DNA of 64,000 nucleotides, taken from contig JBBQBA010000002.1 in assembly GCA_038317055.1 (NCBI GenBank), forward strand, positions 182,967-246,966, written 5' to 3'. This document shows positions 60,930 through 64,000 of this stretch, piece after piece (position 1 is the stretch's first letter; each line of letters begins with the position of its first letter). Position numbers and translations under genes: made by a program. Below the pieces are notes generated by a model, which ran no database searches, had not been told where the DNA came from, and was given only the letters and a program-made list of their open reading frames with translations. Source of the stretch: Candidatus Saccharimonadales bacterium. GTDB lineage: Bacteria; Patescibacteriota; Saccharimonadia; Saccharimonadales; DATKHC01.

Positions 60930-61875
60930 AAAGAAAATATATAAAAATAAAAAGCTAGAAGCTGCTGCACCACTACTATTACGTACAGCAGCTTTTCTAG
61001 TATTGTTTATTTTGTTATCAGGAATCATCGGACCGAGAATAATTAGTCATGGACTCGTAAATAAATATGGCTTCCAAATATACGGTGGTGGAGGAAAGTC
61101 TTTATTATTTGGAGTAATAGTTCTACTTATATTGGTATATAGAAAAGGCTTAGATATAAAATTTAGAGCATGGGAAAAATTAAATATAGGCTGGTTAATT
61201 ATCGCTGTTATATCAGCACTAGGAGCTTGGAACTGTATTGGTATACTTATCGCTGGTAAGGGCGCAATAGGTACTCAGATACTAACTAATTTATATATCA
61301 TTGCAAGTATAGCTTTTATAGCCATTGGTACTTTTGGATTAGATAATATTAAATTATTTTACAAAAAATACAGCAAAGAACTGATAATGTCTTTCCTATT
61401 ATGCATTGCTTTTTATGGATTTATATACATTGTATATAAGTTATGGGGAATTCTGGCACTTATAGTATTACATTCTGTTAAGTGGCTATTAAATGAAACA
61501 GATATTAGCGCAAGCATTGTACCACCTAGGACATTAGTATTAAGTAAATTTGGGATTGAAGTAGCAAAGTATTGCTCTGGTATAGAATCCATAGCTCTTT
61601 TCAGCGGACTATATGCAATTTTCGCAATACTGGACTGGAACAAATTCAATCATAGAAAACTAGCTTACACATTCCCAATCGCCGTTGTTATACTTTTTGG
61701 ACTAAATATTATTAGGATATTTGTACTTATTATTGGTGGTTATTATATTAATCCGCAAATTGCGTTTAGTTTATTTCACACATATGCTGGTATGGTATTC
61801 TTTATTATATATTCTGGACTTTTCTGGGGGATATGTTACAAATGGTTACTGGTGAGAAAAAATCAAATTTCATGA
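60919..61875 (+). CDS. Exosortase/archaeosortase family transpeptidase
   Basis: Multi-TM; catalytic Cys (VAKYCSGIES), Arg (NIIRI), His (FHTYAG). Confidence 0.88.
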   Translation: MLTKKKIYKNKKLEAAAPLLLRTAAFLVLFILLSGIIGPRIISHGLVNKYGFQIYGGGGKSLLFGVIVLLILVYRKGLDIKFRAWEKLNIGWLIIAVISALGAWNCIGILIAGKGAIGTQILTNLYIIASIAFIAIGTFGLDNIKLFYKKYSKELIMSFLLCIAFYGFIYIVYKLWGILALIVLHSVKWLLNETDISASIVPPRTLVLSKFGIEVAKYCSGIESIALFSGLYAIFAILDWNKFNHRKLAYTFPIAVVILFGLNIIRIFVLIIGGYYINPQIAFSLFHTYAGMVFFIIYSGLFWGICYKWLLVRKNQIS

Positions 61876-62756
61876 GTAAAAACAAAGTCGATTTGATTGT
61901 TGTTATACCAATTGGTCCTGACAATAACGGTTCAGATACTATAGATAGTGTTTTTTGTTATTGTATAGAATCTGTAATTATTATTGCAGTTGACGATAGC
62001 AGATCGGTCAATACAAAAAAATATTTGGATAATGTAGACCCTAGAGTCATTAGGTTATCGTCTTCAGGATATAAGGGCATAAGAGGAGCGCTATGGCTGA
62101 ATCTTATAGATGCATATAAATTTGCTATCGAAAATTATAAATTCAAAGTTCTATTAAGAATTGATACTGATGGACTAGTAATTAATAGTCATCCAGAAAA
62201 AGATGCACTCAAATTTTTTAATAGTCATCCAGGTGCAGGAATGTTGGGCGCTTATAAGAAGCGTTCAGATGGTAAAAAAAGAAATTTTATAATTGTAGCG
62301 TGCATAATATTACGCGAAACAAGCATTTATGGAATAAGTTATCCCGATAGAAGAATCTTAATTAAGGAGTTGGTCAAAGAGGCAAGAAAAAAAGGTTATA
62401 GGCTAGGAGAACATTGTCAAGGTGGTGCAGTATTTCAGTCATATTCAGCTATTGCAGCAATGTATATAAATAATAAACTTAACTCTTCTAAATTCCAACC
62501 TATGTATAACAGTGCAATAAGTGAAGACCATTTATTTAGTCTTTTAACCATACTTTTAGGATTTACGCTTGAGGATTTTGCTACCGAAGGTCTTCCAATG
62601 GGCATAAAATGGCGTGGACTCCCAGATTCCCCAGAAAATCTAGTCTTACAAAACAAGAAGATTATTCATTCAATTAAATTCTGGCAGGATATGGACCAGG
62701 AAAAAATTCGTATTTTTTTTGCAAGGAAGCGTATAAACGACAACGAACAAGCTTAG
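61872..62756 (+). CDS. GT-A fold glycosyltransferase
   Basis: VVIPIG, AVDD, DxD (RIDTD), SED; ATGA overlap with the exosortase stop. Confidence 0.75.
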   Translation: MSKNKVDLIVVIPIGPDNNGSDTIDSVFCYCIESVIIIAVDDSRSVNTKKYLDNVDPRVIRLSSSGYKGIRGALWLNLIDAYKFAIENYKFKVLLRIDTDGLVINSHPEKDALKFFNSHPGAGMLGAYKKRSDGKKRNFIIVACIILRETSIYGISYPDRRILIKELVKEARKKGYRLGEHCQGGAVFQSYSAIAAMYINNKLNSSKFQPMYNSAISEDHLFSLLTILLGFTLEDFATEGLPMGIKWRGLPDSPENLVLQNKKIIHSIKFWQDMDQEKIRIFFARKRINDNEQA

Positions 62757-62758
62757 CT

Positions 62759-64000
62759 ATGATTGGCAATAAAGGAAATATTATTAACGTATACAATCGC
62801 TTGATGCAGGATAGTTTACGCCGCAATTCCTCATTATTAATATTGAGTCAGGCAATAAATGCAGTTGGTGCATTCTTTTTTTGGGTCGTGTGTGCTCATT
62901 TATTCGGTGCAAACATTATTGGATTATCGATAGCATTCGTGAGCTTCGCAAATTTAATATCAACATTTACTAACCTTGGTTTACCTAATACTATTGTTCG
63001 ATTTCTAGCTAGAACCAAGGATAAGTGTGGATTATTCATAGCGGCTTTTTACATTGTTTTTTTCGTTTCAGTAGTTGGTGGATTACTATGCCTTATATTC
63101 GTTAAAACTATGCTACCAAAACTAGGGTTAATTCATTCATCCACTTTCTTATCCGTAACACTTGTATTGTTGGTAACATGTACAGCTCTTAGTTCGTTAA
63201 TGGATGGAACTATATTAGCATTTCGAAAAGGGGAGTATATTCTTGGTAAAGCTATTATTGTTAATGTACCGAGGATGATATTACCATTTTTTGTTGTATC
63301 TCTTGGCATAAAAGGAATAACTGGAGTTTATGCTATAGTTTTAATTGCAGGAATTTCTTATAACTTAATTATTACCAATAAAAGATTAATTAAACTTTAC
63401 CCATTAAAGCTTAACATTGGTGAGATTAAAAAACACAAAGCATATTCGATAAGTAATTACTTCGGAGGAATGTTGGGTGTATTGCCGGGCACACTAGTTC
63501 CAATAATAATAGTAAGTATTCTCGGTTCTGAATCTGCCGCATTTTTTTATATGCCAATGCAGATTGCCGCATTTCTTAGTATAATATCTAGTTCAACGTC
63601 TCAAGCACTCCTATCAGAGTCGGCACAAACTGAAAATGTAGTGAGTCACAAGAAATATTTCAGAAATGCATTTATTCATTTATATCGTTTGCTTATACCT
63701 GCAATACTTTTACTGTGCTTGCTAGGGTGGCCTTTACTAAGGATATATGGTGCTCAGTATGCTAAGGAGGGTTACATACCTCTTCTTATACTAGCCATTT
63801 CAAGCTTGTTTGTTGGGATAAATTGGCTTGGAGATACATGGCTTAATATCCAAAAACGTTCCAAGGCTTATTTTCTGATGAATGCATTTAATGCTTTTGC
63901 TGTAATTGGTTTTATACTAATTTTTGCTTCACACGGATTGGTGGCAGTTGGAATAGGATGGTTACTAGGGCAGGTCATATCCGCTGCAATATATTTTATT
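62759..64000 (+). CDS. Wzx-like polysaccharide flippase (truncated at window end)
   Basis: Read manually: MIGNKG...DSLRRNSSLLILSQAINAVGAFFFWVVCAHLF...NLGLPNTIVRFL, multi-TM, open to 64000. Confidence 0.85.
   Translation, partial: MIGNKGNIINVYNRLMQDSLRRNSSLLILSQAINAVGAFFFWVVCAHLFGANIIGLSIAFVSFANLISTFTNLGLPNTIVRFLARTKDKCGLFIAAFYIVFFVSVVGGLLCLIFVKTMLPKLGLIHSSTFLSVTLVLLVTCTALSSLMDGTILAFRKGEYILGKAIIVNVPRMILPFFVVSLGIKGITGVYAIVLIAGISYNLIITNKRLIKLYPLKLNIGEIKKHKAYSISNYFGGMLGVLPGTLVPIIIVSILGSESAAFFYMPMQIAAFLSIISSSTSQALLSESAQTENVVSHKKYFRNAFIHLYRLLIPAILLLCLLGWPLLRIYGAQYAKEGYIPLLILAISSLFVGINWLGDTWLNIQKRSKAYFLMNAFNAFAVIGFILIFASHGLVAVGIGWLLGQVISAAIYFI

Overview
AT-rich, gene-dense bacterial chromosome segment using genetic code 11 (TGA is a stop). 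The gene content (F1Fo ATP synthase operon with a short delta subunit, pgl-gnd-zwf, a type IV pilin with a PALQRNSRN motif, LCP, FtsI, UvrD-nuclease fusion, many acidic singleton ORFs) most resembles Patescibacteria/CPR, probably Saccharimonadia (TM7); this assignment is an inference. No rRNA, tRNA, CRISPR array, transposase or integrase was seen. Two cell-surface systems stand out. (1) At 5.2-10.7 kb, a divergent four-gene locus includes three secreted Asn/Thr/Gly-rich proteins built from one shared repeat (N-rich strand, then A-x-[ST]G-x-A-x-V-x-x-NTT-[AG]G-x-AT-[ST]G-x-A). They are a small two-repeat anchorless subunit whose gene is bracketed by RNA hairpins and two four-repeat paralogs with C-terminal membrane anchors, suggesting an undescribed beta-rich (curli/Fap-like) fibre or coat. 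(2) At 59.2-64 kb, an exosortase/archaeosortase-family gene overlaps a single VPELG-TM-RRR target gene, next to a CPBP-like protein, a glycosyltransferase and a Wzx-like flippase, behind a highly symmetric promoter. Other points: a sigma-70 paralog with a remodelled region 4, two F420-type LLM oxidoreductases, an ORF inserted into the atp operon, three Crp-like boxes phased at 23 bp, a candidate structured RNA, and apparently pervasive leaderless gene starts.
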